64,000 bases of DNA from NCBI RefSeq assembly GCF_009914755.1, contig NC_060938.1; one strand, written 5' to 3'. Shown here piece after piece: positions 1-19,219 of this stretch. The position numbers were made by a program, and so were the translations under genes. Under the pieces are notes generated by a model. It saw only the letters and a program-made list of their open reading frames with translations, did no database searches and was not told the DNA's origin. Origin of the DNA: the human T2T-CHM13v2.0 reference genome, Homo sapiens. Position 1 is the first letter of the stretch, and every line of letters starts with the position of its first letter.

Positions 1-412
1 CTAGTAATACAGAGGAACTTTCTCAGCTTGATGAAGAACATCTACAAAACTTCTATAGCTTGCATTATTCTTAATGGTAAGAGACTGGAGAAAGGGAAGG
101 ATATGTGCTGTTAACACTGCTATTCAACATAGTACAAGAAGTTCTAGTCAGTGCAGTAAGGCAAGTAAAAGAAAAGGCATGTAGACGCAGCAGTGGAAAA
201 ATAAAACTCCCTATTTCAGATGACATGCTGGTCTGTTTGCAAAACCCTAAGGAATCTATAGATAAACAACCTGGAACTGCAAAATGTGTTTAGCAAGCTT
301 GTATGATTCAACATCAACTTACAAAAATCAGTTAGATTTCTTTCAGTGAATATGTGGACACTGAAATTAAAATACACCATTTGCAATCCCTAAACAAACA
401 AACAAAACTTGG

Positions 413-530
413 AGCCAAACATGATAGCCTGTGCCTATAATCCCAGATAGTCAGGAAGCAGAAAGATCACTTGAACCTAGGAGTTCAAGACAAGCCCAGG
501 CAACACAGTGAGATGTCATCTAAAAACATA
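413..530 (+). mobile_element. Alu left monomer (FLAM-like)
   Basis: gcctataatcccag...ggagttcaagacaagcccaggcaacacagtgaga; approximate TSD aaacaaaa(g)cttgg. Confidence 0.75.
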
Positions 531-619
531 AACAAAAGCTTGGGCATGCATCTAACAAAACATGAATAGGACTTGTATTTTGAAAACTACAAAACCCTGA
601 TGAACGAATCAAAACCCTA

Positions 620-910
<291 letters not shown>

Positions 911-1385
911 ACCAAAGACCTAAATAAATGGAGAGGCATACTATATTCACAAATTGAGAGCGTTAACATATATTAATCATGTCAGTGTTCTCCAAACTGA
1001 TACAAAGTTTAACTTCTTAATTTTTATCAAAATTCCGCCAAGGTTTTTTTGTGGTTATAGACAAGATTATTCTAAAGTTTACATGAAAAAACAAAGGAAC
1101 TGGAATACCTAAAACAATCTGAGAAAGAGGAATTAATGTGGGAGAAGTTATTCTGTCTGATTTCAAGACATGTTATATAGCTCCAGTAGTCAAGACTGTG
1201 TGGCATTGCTGGAAAGATAGACATGTGGATCGGTGGAACAGAATAGAGAAACCAGAAATAGCCCCACACAAATATATCTAGCTCATTTTTGGCATAGGTG
1301 TAAAAGTAATTCAGTGGAGGAAGGATAGGCTTTTCCAACAGTACTGGGACAACTGGACATCCATAAACAAAATAATGAACCTTGA

Positions 1386-1693
<308 letters not shown>

Positions 1694-2092
1694 TAAACCT
1701 TGACTTTTAAGCATCAACAATTAATTCAAATGGATCATAGATTGAAATCTACAAGTATTAAATTTTTTTGAGAAAAACATAGGAGAAAATCTTTGGGACC
1801 TTCAGCTTGGTTAAGAATTCTTAGATGTGGCACCAAGAGCTTGATCTAGAAAGAAAAAAAAAATTTGAGAAATTGTAGTCTATCAAGATTAACAATATCT
1901 TACAGTGCTTTTTCTCTTAGACATTTGCTGATAGGTTAAGAATCTTGGGGCTTTTCCATCTAGCATAAAGCAGCAGATAAAAAGTTAGGAGACAGATCAG
2001 AGCTTTCAGTGATCAGATCAAATCAGAGCTTGTATAGGGCTTTGGAGGTTACAAATTGAATTCAAGGCTTACTAGAGAACTCAAATCTGTAA

Positions 2093-4760
<2,668 letters not shown>

Positions 4761-5259
4761 AAAATAAACAATGAACATAGGAAAAGTTAGATGACTTTTT
4801 TAGTCGTTAGAGAAATCCAGAAGAAAGCATAGCAATACAGTTCTCAGATGTTTACGTCTCAGAGTCCCTTCACCCTTTTAAAAGTTAAAGATCCCAAAGA
4901 GCTTTTGTTCATAAGACTTTTTTGTGTGTTTACCACATTACAATCAAAACAAATTTTAAAATGTTATTTTTAAATAAAATGATTACATTTTACATGTTAA
5001 TATAAGTAACATGTTTGTGAAAAAAGTTTTCTAAAATGAAAAACTAGTGCAAAGAAAGTATCGTTTTTGCAGATCTCTTTAATGTCTGGCTTAATAGAAG
5101 GCACTTGGACTCACATATGTGCATCTGCTGTCAGTCTGCTGCAATATGTTGTTTTGGTTGGAGTAAATGAAGAAAATCTGTCCTCACAGAGTTTATGTAC
5201 TTGGAGAAAGAAGGACTTTCATACGGCCTTTTCAGATAATTGTGGATATTTTCCTTTGA

Positions 5260-5593
<334 letters not shown>

Positions 5594-5712
5594 AACAAAT
5601 GGTAGTTTCTTAAAGGTTGATAGCTATGTGGAATCTGAAATCATGAGTTAATCTGAAATCATTCTGTTAAATGAAAAATTCATTGACTTTCATGCACTTT
5701 GAATGAATCTTT

Positions 5713-6025
<313 letters not shown>

Positions 6026-6389
6026 TGAATGAATCTTTTATTCATGCATGATTTTGTAATTTCATACAGCAGTCATTTGGAAAAATTGGTTCTCTTATGG
6101 AGATTTTATAAGTGTTTGTTTAGTTTACAATAATGAAAATATTCCATTGATCTTATTAGAAAAAGAGTTAAGTGTTGGGAAACCCTTAGGCTCATGGTGA
6201 TAGGTGTAAGTTTCCAAAAATTTAAATTTTGCTTTAGAGCTTAAATTCTATTATGTCAGGAAATACTGTGAGTTGTTTTTCCTGAAGTAACAGGCTCCCC
6301 TTTATATTTTCAAGACAATATCTCCCAAATACACAAGCCTGAATGACTATAGTTTGTCTCTTGTTTGTTCTTTCATATGAAAATAGTGA

Positions 6390-6900
6390 TTTTAGTTAGG
6401 TTTTTATTGCTGCTGTAACAAATTACTCCTACTCAGTGCCTTAAAACAACATAGATTTGTTATTTTACAGTTCTGTAAGTTAAAAATTAAATATTGGTGT
6501 CACTGGGCTAAAATCAAACTGTGTCCTTTCCGGGGGCTCTAAGGGTGAATCTGTGTTTGGCCTTTTCAACTTCTGGTGGCTGCCCGTGCACCTTGGCTCA
6601 TGGCCCTTCCTCCATCTCCAAAGCCAGCAGTGTTGCCTCCCTTTGACCCTGCCTCCATTGTCTTTTCTCTTTTGTCTCCGTTGTCTTTTTCTGATGATCA
6701 TCTTGTCTTCCTCTTCCACTTTTAAGGACCTTTCAGTTATTGGGCCCATCTGGATAATCCTGGCTACTCTCCCCATCTGTTAATTGGCAATCTTAAGTCC
6801 TTCTATAATCTATGCTCCCCTTTACCATTAACATTACGTATTCACAGGATCTAGGGATTAGGAAGTAGGTGGGTTTGAGGAGAAATTACTCTGCCTGCCA
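6390..6900 (-). mobile_element. MaLR solo LTR (MLT1D-like) nested in Charlie
   Basis: ttattgctgctgtaacaaattac...cttaaaacaaca...gggcccatctggataatcc...actctgcctgcca follows the MLT1 layout. Confidence 0.85.
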
Positions 6901-7524
6901 GTCTTCTATGAAAAAGACACAAAGTTCATCTTGCAACTCAGTTGAACAAGTGCTTTTCCTTGAGAAAGCTATCATAAAGCACTTTAGTAGGCAACAGATG
7001 CTTTATATATACGCTGCATTTCATCACATGGAATATTAAAAAGCATATACTCAAGTGTCTAGATTTAATACAAGTTAATATTTTACTGCTTCATCAAGGA
7101 CATTCTTAACTGGGTTTTTATTTGGGGAAGGGGTGAGTGTATAGCGGAGAAAAAGAATGCAAGGAGTGCTGGTATAGTTTGGAGCCACTGCTTGATTCAT
7201 GCAAAAGTGCCAGCAGTTTGACTCACCATGAGTGCATATGTCCGTGGAAAATACCAGATTGACTCTTAATAGTGTTTTGAAGATAGTTTTGATGTCATGA
7301 TCCATCACTCCCCACAAGAAGGTTCTCAGAGATGCTCAAGAGTTCACAGTCCACACTTCAAGAACTGTTGCACAATGAAATACCTCATAGTGACTATTTT
7401 AAATTTCTAAATTTAATTAGGCAATAGTAGAGGTTTCATAAGAATGTAAGAATTGAGTTGTTCTCATCGTTTGTTCTACCCCAGTGGCCGCTTTCTGGCC
7501 ATGATACCAGGGAAGATGAGGTAA

Positions 7525-7950
<426 letters not shown>

Positions 7951-9467
7951 TGCAGTGTCTGTTTCTTAACTCTGTGTTAAAGTGCCTATTGTATGAGAGG
8001 AAGAGCAAATTTATGTACTGTTGTTTCCCAGCTGTGGAAGCTCACATCACTTTTAGTAAGTGTTGAAAGACCCCTTTACTTTGTTGAGATTTAAGACCTT
8101 CATCTCAAATATAGCCCTTGTCCCATTGGACTGACCACCATCACTTTTGTATGTACAAACATTTATTGAGTGCCCAGCACTTCCCTCAGTGCTTCATATG
8201 AACAGCTGATCTGCAGGCATGAATTATGGTACCATTGCTAAATGACCCAGAGGTTATCCAAAGCAAAATGCTAAACTGTGGATAGGAGGGCTTCTGGTGT
8301 CATCATAACTCTATTTTGATCATTACCTTAAAGTATTGTATATGTAGATCCATAAGCCCACGTAGGTATGTTTGTGTGTTTCTGAGACAATAAATACTGT
8401 TTTATATAACCTCAAAGCAATCCAAAATCCCCACATCATGGCTTTACAACTCCATGTACATTAGCTCCTTCTCTTAGAATGTTCCTGATTACATTTACTT
8501 AACTTCTGCTTGTCAACATCTCATTCTATCTGGGAGCATGGCTGCTAAGGATTCTAGGAGCCTGAGTTCGGAGAATGCTACCTACCTTTGATCTAATTGG
8601 AGTAGAAATCAAGATACAGTCACATTGTCACCTTTGAGGATACAGCAAGTGATATTTGACACAGTTTCAAACCAGAGGAAACTTGACATTGTAAGGAATT
8701 TCCTAATCCTCTTAAAGGATCATTCCTTTCACAACTGGCAAAACCGGTTTGTTCTGTCAGCAGGTGGAGCTCACTAGGGTATAGAATTCAGTCAAAAGAG
8801 GCACATTGTCCTGTCCTTGAATTCTGCTTGTCCACTACTTTGGGGGATGTTTTCTTATCTTCTTTCTGCAGGAAACTTTTTTTTTTTTAATAAATGAATC
8901 TAAATAAATTAATCCTTTTGAGTGTTGCACAGTGAAATCTTAGGCCTCTATCTATGAAGTTTTAAATAGGCACCCACAAATTCAGTGTCGCTGTAATGCT
9001 TTCCATTAGTCAGGGTGAGTTTTGTTTTACCCTGTTGCAAGCGAAGGCTGTTCTGGAAGGCATAGCCAGACAGCATGTAACTTAAAGCCCCTTCCTGTCT
9101 ACAGATTGCTTGATCTTTTTGTTCTCCCTGGAGGGAGAGAGTCAGGTAATGTTCAGCCCTGGAATCTGGCTGTATTAAGGACTTCTTTTGTAATAGACAT
9201 CGAGACTATCTCTCCCTTTTTATTTGTTGAGACCTAATAGGGTACTTAGCTCAATTCTAAAGCCAAGATGAAACCTTTACCTGTGGGAGCGTTCCCTTCT
9301 AAGCATTAGCCACATTCAGCCATTAGAAGCAGGCCCGCTAAGAAAGGGGTTAAATGTCAGTAGTGTGCAGCAAGTTTTACCCTGATTTTTTTTTCTTATG
9401 TGTGCTATACAAAAATGAACTAAGTCCCGAATGTGTGCCTGTTCATAATCAAGGTAGCAGTAGGTCA

Positions 9468-9800
<333 letters not shown>

Positions 9801-10399
9801 TCCAGGAACCCTCCTGTCTATGCACAATGCAAAGGCTGTTGAGCTTTCTTGTCAGCTAAGCAGGGTGCAGGGGAGGGAGACAAAGCAAGCAAAGGTGTTT
9901 TTTTGTTTGTTCATTTGTTTTCTCCCCTGTGACATTTTCCGTTATCACGATTTGAACCATTTGATTTGGAAAGCTGAAAATGGTAGTTCAGGTTCGTAGT
10001 CCCTTAATATAAAGTGGCAGGGCTGGCTGTGTTTCAGAATTGAGGAATTTTCAGATTTTAGAGGGATAATAAAATGTATGACCCATATAGTAATATTCCC
10101 AGTGAGATCTGGGGCAGTACCCCACAATCAATTATGCAGGGGAAACATGAATATTCACACAAAGATGAATAAATTAAAAGTACTAATGTCAGCCCCATGT
10201 CAAGTTTTGCTGCCAAATATGTTTGCCTAAATTTGCTTTCTACCTTTCAACTTCAGAATTGCAAATAAGAAGTTGTAGACATATGTTGCAGCGGTTGTCC
10301 AAAGACAAACCTGGTTGAGTTCTGGTGATAGTTAATGGAGCTGAGTCACAGAACTGACTCTTTATGATCTTGTGTCTCTCCCTACTGTACTAGTTCCTC

Positions 10400-10549
10400 T
10401 CTCTTGCATTCTCTGATCTCTTTGCTCATCTGTCAAACAGGGGTAATATTTGCCTTGTGGGCTATTGTGAGAGTAAGAATTTAATGTATGTTAAACACTG
10501 CACGTAGTGCCTGGCATATGATAGGTATTCAATAAATGTTAGCTATTAA
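10400..10549 (+). mobile_element. MIR
   Basis: ctcatctgtcaaacaggggtaata...gtgcctggcatatgataggtattcaataaatgttagctatt. Confidence 0.8.
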
Positions 10550-10677
10550 AATTTCACCTCTTCTCTTCCCCCTTTTATTAGATAAAACCTTACTGATGTG
10601 GTGGTTGTAATGACACTCTGGAAATAGGATTAAGTGATAAGAATTGTCCCAATGTCATTGGAGAATTCAAAGTCCAA

Positions 10678-10980
10678 TTTTTTTTTTTTTTTTTTTTTGA
10701 GACAGAGTTTTGCTCTGTTGCCCAGGCTGGAGTATGTGGTACAGTCATGACTCACTGCAACATCAATCTCCCGGGCTCAAATGATCCTCGAACCTCAACC
10801 TCCCGAGTAGCTGGGACTACAAGTGTGCACCACCACACCTGGCTAATTTTTGTACATTTTGTAGAGACAGGGTTTTGCCATGTTGCCCAGGCTTGTCTGG
10901 AACTCCTAGGTTCAAGTGATCTGCCCCCCTCAGCCTCCCAAAGTGCTGGGATTACAGGCATTAGCCACTGTGCCCAGCCC
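10678..10980 (-). mobile_element. AluJ-like
   Basis: Poly-T followed by a J-type dimer (gggctcaaatgatcctc). Confidence 0.92.
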
Positions 10981-11822
10981 AAAGTACACATTTTTATGTT
11001 GAAAACTCATTGCTTGTTAAATGATCAGTAACACCTTAAAATTTCTTTGCAAAATGACTGGACTTTTCAATGATGAATAAATGTTTTGATTAATGTTATA
11101 AGTAAATCTCTTAATCCTTCATTTTAACTGCATTTGAGGAAGAAATATTTGCCATTAGCTGATTTGCCATTGTGAGGCCTCTTTTAAAGTTTCTCTGCAG
11201 ACACTCATCCTTTGGAAAACTATTTGAAAGAGAAGTTGCTCTAAGTACAGTATTGATGATAGTAGTGCTGTAACAAAGATATAGGCAAGGTTTATAATTT
11301 AATATATTGGGAAAAGGGTATTGGGAGATAAGTCTTTTCTAATTTTACAAAAAAAAAACTGCAAAAATATTAGTGGACCTTTTAGTGCAAAACAGTTTAT
11401 TTTAAAATATGTTTTATAAAGTAGACCTCTGCTTTTAAATTTGTAAAGACCTCCCTTTTAAAAGGGGGGACACCATAAAAAAAGAATTGCCTTTAGTTAC
11501 CAGGATTTTTTAATAACCTCATTTTGTACTTTGTAATTGATTAACAGAAATTTCCTATAGTACCAACAGATCTGTTTAATGGTGCATGATCTTTACATAC
11601 AGGAAATTTTCATTTATTTTTCTGGCCTTTTCTCAGTTCATGAAGTTCGTAGATACTTGCTCCACTTAATTTTGGATCAAAGACGGAAAATACAGAAGGA
11701 TTTCAAGAGAAGAAAGGTGTTAGCTATTTTCTGGGCATGTGCCCTATAGGACCTTTTAGCATTTGACTGGGACAAAGTGGATCTGCCTATATTTATATGC
11801 ATCGTATTACCTGCCTTCACAG

Positions 11823-11997
11823 CTGAACTACCAGCAGAAAGTAGGCATCATGTACTGCAAAGCTGGACAGAGCACTGAAGAAGAGATGTACAACAATGAG
11901 TCAGCTGGCCCAGCCTTTGAAGAATTCCTTCAACTATTGGGAGAGCGAGTTCGGCTCAAAGGATTTGAGAAGTATCGAGCACAGCTTGATACCAAAA
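11823..11997 (+). CDS. SIPA1L1: Coding exon (175 nt, phase 0->1), RapGAP domain: [58 protein letters not shown]
   Basis: Acceptor ccttcacAG|CTG, donor AAA A|GTAAGA. Peptide is typical Rap1GAP-family sequence and splices in frame to 19820. Confidence 0.96.
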
Positions 11998-13964
11998 GTA
12001 AGAAATACTTACACCCTCCTACTAGGCTTATTTTCCCCCTGTTGTGCTGTTGTGCATCTGCTAAATTATCCGTAAAGCAACATTGCCATTTATCGCAGAA
12101 CACTGCTGGTGATGGGGGAGAGAAAGCCAGAGAGGGAGGATGTAGCACCAGAACAGTTGAAGATCATAACCAAAGTAGCTAGAATTAGACTCTAAAAAAA
12201 TAGTGTTGTCAGAGGTGTGTGCATGGAGTGGGGCAGTGACACAGATCGTGCAGAATTGCTCCTGGGTGAGCATTGTGTAAATTTCATTACATTTAGCCAA
12301 ATGTTAGGGTGATTAAAAACTCCGGAAACTTACAACTGTCTGAGTGTAAGCCTGGAATTTTTGACTTCCATTAATTCATTTCATAGTCTTCATGTTTATC
12401 TATGTAGTCAGCCTTTGTTTTTGTTTTTTTGTATTCTTTTTACATCTAGGGTTTTTGTTTCTATTATTATTATTCACAGTCTACTTAATCTCTGAGAAAA
12501 TAGGCTTTTTAGCTTTGGTATTAGTTTAGCTCATAAAATGTGTTGATTAAAAGCATGATAATGAAACAATCTGTTTAACTATGGTGCATGAACCTAAAAG
12601 GTTGTCCATGTCCAGTCCCCAAGTTGTCAGTAAAATAGTTAACATTCTCAAATGCCTATTTTGGTTAGCTGGGACTAATCAAAGAGTGTGTTGACTTTTG
12701 CTATGTGTCTGTGTGAAAGCAGTTTTAAATTTTATCTTTAAATTCATCCATAGACACCTGTGACCTGTTTTTCTTTGAGAGGGTCTTGGGATTAGCACAT
12801 CTGTATTGCAGTCTATAGTAATCTCTCTGATTTTCTGTACAGGAAATTAAATAAGGAGTTGAGTCATGAAAACAGAAAAGCATTCATAAACTCCACTGCA
12901 GGGAAGAATTTCCTGTTGCCATGGTTTTGCTGTTGCCAACTTGGAAACGACATGCAAGAGAGACTATTAAAACCCATAAATAGCCTAGCTGCTTAAATAT
13001 TATTTTAACATTCTGTACTCTGCTTGCAACTGCATAAAGATGTTAAATTTCAGTATGTCCTTAAACTCTTTTTATCCAGCTATTCTGATATTCACCTGGT
13101 ACAGTTCATTCATGTTGCCCCCATTTGTTGTGCTGTATAAATTATCACTACCACAAACAGTTATTGAAAGGATCTGGGAAGAGAATGTGTAATAAGCTCA
13201 GTGATACTATAAATGAATGGTCAGACTGGGAGTTGATAAGATTGTGTGTTATCTGTGATGAAGGGTGATGTGAGAAATGTATAGCTAGGGTATCGTTAAG
13301 CAACATGACATGTAGTAAGGCAGTGGAATACACAAAATAAGCACTTTGTGCACAGTTTGTCCAATTATCCCAACAACTGCAAAGGCTAGAGGGGGATGAG
13401 CCTGGATTACCAAACAGCCTCTTAATGTAGTTTTGGAATTATATAATACCTTCAACAGGGAAAGATTCTTTTTCACTGAACTACTCTCCTTTAAGTAGTT
13501 CAACTTTATGAGGCATGTCTGACCTTTCAGGGCATATTTCCTGAGAAGGATTCAAAGAATCCTTCTGTCCTTTTAAAATGTCGCATTTCCTAAAATGAAC
13601 GAAAAGTAGGGAAGTATTCCTACTCTGAAGCCCCAAAGAAGACAGTACGCAAAATCATCTCTTTTACTCCAAGCTTATTAATAGGGGCAAAAACTAGAGT
13701 CTATTCACTATGCCATTTAAACCTGCATTAAATAATCATAGACCACCAAAATAGGCAACAGCCAGCCTCTGTACACCTCAGCTGCCTCCTACTGGGCTGG
13801 ACACTACTAGAGATAAGACTTCGTTCTGTGTGCTGTGATGTAATCTCACCATACTTAATCTAACTTTATGTTGTGTCAAGAAACTTTGAATATAATTCTT
13901 TTTCTAAAAAAGTGCTTTTCAGAACAAATGTTCAAGGATCATTCCCACTGTAGATGTCACTTGA

Positions 13965-15250
13965 ATCTATGGGTTTGTAGTTTTTATCAAATTAAAGTAC
14001 TATCTGCTGTTATTTCTTTATTTTTTCTGTCTTAACCTCCCATCTCTCTGAGACTCCAATTACACATATGTTATATCACTCACTGGTGTACCACAGGTTA
14101 ATGAGGCCCTGGTTCTTTTTTTTTTCCCCCTAACCTTTTTTTTTCCTTCTGTGCTTCAGTTTGGATAATTTCTATTAATATATCTTAAAGCTCCTTGTGT
14201 TTTTCTTTTCTTCCATGGTATCTTAATTCATTGTTAATCCCGTCCAGTGAAATTTCCATTTAAGATATTATATTTCAGGGCCAAAAGTTGCATTTGATAA
14301 TCTTTTTAAATGTCTTCTATTCTCACCTTTTTAGGTTCACGCTGTCCTTTAGATCCCTAAACACATTTATAATAGTTGTTTCAAAATGTTCATCTGCTAA
14401 TTTCATCATTTCTCTCATTTTCAGTTTCTTTTTTTAATGGGGTTCCTTTGTATATATTTTACTTCCTCACATGTCTGGTTGTTTTTGATAAGATGTTGGA
14501 TATTGTAAATGTTTCATTGTTCAGTGTCTTAATTTTGTTATCTTCTTTAAGTGTTGAGTTTTGTTTTGGCAGGCAGTGAAGTTGCAGAACAGCTTGATTT
14601 TTATGAGTCTTATTTTTAAGCTTTGTTAAAGCATACCTAGAGTAGCTTTTACTCTGGCTAACTTAGCCCTACTACTAAGGCATGACTTTTCTTGCACCTC
14701 AGTACTTGAATATTCAATGAAGTGTCTACTGTGGCTGTTCAGAACTCATTAATGTCTCCCAACCCAGTGTGAACTGTGGAATTGTTTGGCTTATAATTCG
14801 TTGGTAGTTGTTCTTTCCCTAATATTTTGTCTTTGCTTGGCTTTTGGAATTTATGCATATGCATATGCAGCTTACTGTCCAACTCAAGACTCAAAGGGAC
14901 CCCTATTCAGATTTCTGAACCTTTCATCTGATATTTCTTTCTCTTTGGTATTCTGCCTAGCAAATATCAGTCACCTCAGACTTCCTGAACTCGAGTCTGT
15001 CTTGGCTTCCCCCTTCAGTACCTTGCTCTGTGTCAACTGTCCCACAAGTACCTCTAGGTAGAAAGCCCAGGGGTCATAGGGCTCATCTTCTGTATTCTTT
15101 TTTCTCAAGGATCACTATCCAAGGCTGCCTGTTGTCCAATGTCTGCAAACAGTTGTTTCAGCTATTATATCATTTTTTCTAGTTATTCACAATGGCATGG
15201 TAAGTGCTGTATCAAGCACTTCATTATGGCTGGAAGCAGAAGTCCCAGAT
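13965..15250 (-). mobile_element. Ancient L1ME-type 5' UTR/ORF1 remnant
   Basis: T-rich antisense ORF1 text (gactccaattacacatatgtta, ttggataatttctatt) ending ...tggctggaagcagaagtc. Confidence 0.7.
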
Positions 15251-16449
15251 ACTTTTGATATGTATGCCGTCTCGTTTAATTCCGACAAACCTGCTAGATA
15301 CCAATTATCCCCACTTTACAGAATTGGCTTCTTTAGATTAAGTAACATGCCCATGGTTAGATAGCTAGCAAGCATTAGGAAAGTAGAATAGATCCCAGTA
15401 GTGTGGTTAATGAAGTGTTCAGAGAAAGCATAAATGTAGAATGAAGTATAGCAAAGCCCCAAGACCGGCCTTTAGCCTATGTCTTCCTCCCTCTTAAGCC
15501 CTTGAGCTAACAGTACTCAAACCAGCTCATGAGATAGCTCTACTTCATGCATTATCATCATATTCATTTCTTAGTATTTTTGTAAAGGAGGACGAGGCTC
15601 AGGGAAGTAATGAACTATTGAACCATTTCTTCTTTTTCCCAGTTATCTGTGCAAAGACCATCTACACATTTCAAAAATAAGGATTTGTAGCAAACAAGCA
15701 AGCTACAAATAAATATGTCACAGGCTGGAACAATTCTGCAATGAAGAAATTTTTAATAGGGGATTTTTCCTTCTTTTTTGTTTTCTTATTTGGATGATAT
15801 AACCTAGATAATTACCATTCTCTCACACTACAATAAATACAATAAACTTCCCACCAAGCAGTTTGTTATTTGAAAGCTGGAGACCATCCTCATTTTTAGC
15901 TACGTACGTGGATTATTTGGGGGAATTATTTCCTGACTGAGGCTTGTTTGTCACGTCAGTACACAGGAGACTTAGAAGCCGTTTGTAAAAGCTTTCCTTC
16001 AAAGCCCTGCCTTCATTAATTTGCTGCAATGTTAGTGACTGTTTGTTTTCTCCTCCATTTTTCAGCAGTGTTATAAATGCAGTTGAGGTTCAAGATCTTA
16101 AAAGAGATATAAGACTTTTCATAAAGAAAGATTTGGAGGCAGATCATGTGATTGTCAAGGAGGCAGATCATGTGATTGTCAAGGTGACCTATATAATGCC
16201 TGAATTTACTTATTAATTAAAGCTCTATACAAATATGAAGTAGCATCATTCTTTCATCCTCCTTCTACAAGCACATTGTCCCTTTAGAGTTGCTCAATAC
16301 GCTCTTCAACCAGATAAAAAAGCATTTTTTTTTTCATTTTCCTGATAGTCATTCTATTAAAACTTTCATAGTTTCAGGGTTTCATGGTCACTAAAAATAT
16401 TATAATAAGAGCATTGGATGCTTTATTCCTTAGTAATATAGTAAACAGT

Positions 16450-17440
16450 CTTAGATTCGGGAGGACATGTCCAGGTTTGTTAACAGGGGTATATTGCATA
16501 ATGCTGGGGCTTGAGCTTCTAGTGAATCTATTAGCCAAATAGTGAGCATAGTACCCAGTAGGTGGAGATTTTGAGGTGGAGTAGGGTTCTCCAACCCTTC
16601 CTCTCAACCTTCCTCCCCACTTTTGGACTCGCCAATGTCTGTTGTTTTCATCTTTATGTTCATGTGTACCCATTGTTTAGCTCCTGCTTGTAAGTGAAAA
16701 CATGCAGTATTTGACTTTCTGTTTCTGCGTTAATTCACTTAGGATAATGGCCTCCAGCTGCATGTGTGTTGTTGCCAGGGAGATGATGATGTTCTTTTTT
16801 ATGGCTGCGTACCATTCCATGATGTATATGTACCATGTTTCCTTTATCCAGTCTACCATTGATAGACACTTAGGTCGATTCCATGCCTTTGCTATTGTGA
16901 ACAGTGCTGCAATAAACAAATTAGTGCAGGTGCCATTTGATAAAATTATTTCTTTTCCTTTGAGTAGATACCCAGTAGGGAGACTGCTGGGTCAAATGGT
17001 AGTTCTATTGTTAGTTCTTTGAGAAATCTCCATACTGTTTTCCATAGTGGCTGTATTAATTTACATTCCCATGAACAGTGTATGTATATTTTCTTTTCTC
17101 AAAATCCTTGCCAACATCTGTTATTTTTTGACTTTTGAATGATAGCCATTCTGTCTGATATCAGATGGTATCTCATTGTGGTTTTAATGTACATTTCTCC
17201 AGTGATTAGTGATGTTGAGCATTTTTTCATGTTTGTTGGCTACGTGTATGTCTTCTTTTGAGAAGTGTCTATTTGTGTTATTTACCCACTTTTTAATGGG
17301 GCTGTTTGTTTTTTTCTTGTTGATTTGCTTAAGTTTCTTAGAGATTCTGGATATTAGTCTTTTGTTGGGTATATGGTTTGCAAATATTTTCTCCCATTCT
17401 GTAGGTTGTCTGTTTACTCTGTTAATTATTTCTTTATAGC
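16450..17440 (-). mobile_element. L1 3' end (old L1PA/L1PB-like)
   Basis: ORF 16677..16919 (MFIAALFTIAKAWNRPKC...LEAIILSELTQKQK) is the ORF2p C-terminus, followed by 3' UTR. Confidence 0.9.
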
Positions 17441-18282
17441 AAACATTCTTTTTTCATTCTTTCTGGTAAAGTTTAATACCTCTATGAAGTGCATAGTAAT
17501 TTCAGGATTTTGGAATTCTTTTCTTCTTGGAAAGAAAAGTTTCATTATTTTAGCCCTAGTTTCATCTCTGAAACTTCTGAAACTATTCCCAAACTGTTGA
17601 AAATTATCAGCAAAACTCTATGAATCTAAAAGACCTCAGAAAAAGGCTGGTCAGATAGCATACATTGTGTGAAATGAGACGTGGAGGACAGAGAGAAGGG
17701 GCTAGAAGTAGAAAAATAAATGATCTTCAGTGTTTTCTTCCCCAGCAGTTTTCCTCTCTGGCAGTAATCCTTTTAGAACTAGCAGGCATATAAAGCACAG
17801 TGTAATAAATGAATACCAATGACATTTTTTTTTTTCTGTTTCATTAATTTTGCTTAAAATTGACTTGAAACACATGTATAAGTACACGTCAGTGGTGACA
17901 CATTCACTTTAAAGTTTTAAAATGTGCTGATCTGTTCTATACATATTTATAGAAAGGGTTCTTGACAATAGATAAGTTCTTCACGTTCAAGACCTGTCTT
18001 AAATAGTTCAGTTGAATCCTTTGTTGTAGTAATACACAGTTTTTTTGTTGTGATGGTCATTAATACTTAGAAGATATTTTTCTTGGATATTTATATGTTG
18101 TTACATAGTTTTCCAATTTTTGAAAAGTAGTCTTTGCTTTGTTCTATTTTTGACTATTTTTAAGCCTTCGCATTTTATGTCAGCTTCAAAATTAAGATTC
18201 TCCAACAAGCTCAAGCTTGAAACTCAGAGCTCTAGAATATCTTTAGAAAGCTGTCTGCAAGCCACAGTTGTAGTCTATTCTT

Positions 18283-18467
18283 AGAGCAGTACCTAACGGC
18301 AGCGGAGTTACTGCATTAGAGCTACCTGGGAGTGTCTGTGAAGAATAGATTCCCCTGTGAGGCCCTATACCCACTGAGGAGTATTTTGGGGGGTGGGCCC
18401 TGGGAATCTGCCTCTTAATTTAGCTCCACAGCTGATGCTGTGCATACTAAGTTTTCAGAACTACTGT
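18283..18467. mobile_element. MER5-type hAT MITE
   Basis: gggccctgggaatctgc...ttttcagaactactg. Confidence 0.65.
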
Positions 18468-18556
18468 TGCCTTTTGGTATGTGTCAGAGACTTTGTCTGA
18501 GAGCATCGTTCTCTAAAATGCCATCAAGTGTTTTGGTCCTCAAAAAATAGGGTCGA

Positions 18557-19026
<470 letters not shown>

Positions 19027-19219
19027 TTAAGATAAAGGCAGTAGAGGTTTTTTTTTTCTTAAGGAAAGTGAGAACACAACATGCTTAAGTCTTAAAAAAA
19101 TTGTTAGACGTTGCTGTGTCAACTTTGTTCTTCAGTGTTAATGGTCTTGTTAAATTATTGTCTTTTTTTTTTTTTTAAGAACAAAACAAGTCTCTTGCTT
19201 GAATTGGAAGTATTAGAAA

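Noticed and set aside
8871-9014. Acceptor-like (ttctgcag) and donor-like (gg|gtgagt) pair
   Set aside because: The enclosed sequence has a long T run and stop codons and looks intronic; there is no support without transcript data.
11998-12182. ORF extensions past exon ends (also 33180-33278 and 46747-46844)
   Set aside because: Read-through beyond strong splice sites; domain similarity stops at the GT/AG boundaries.
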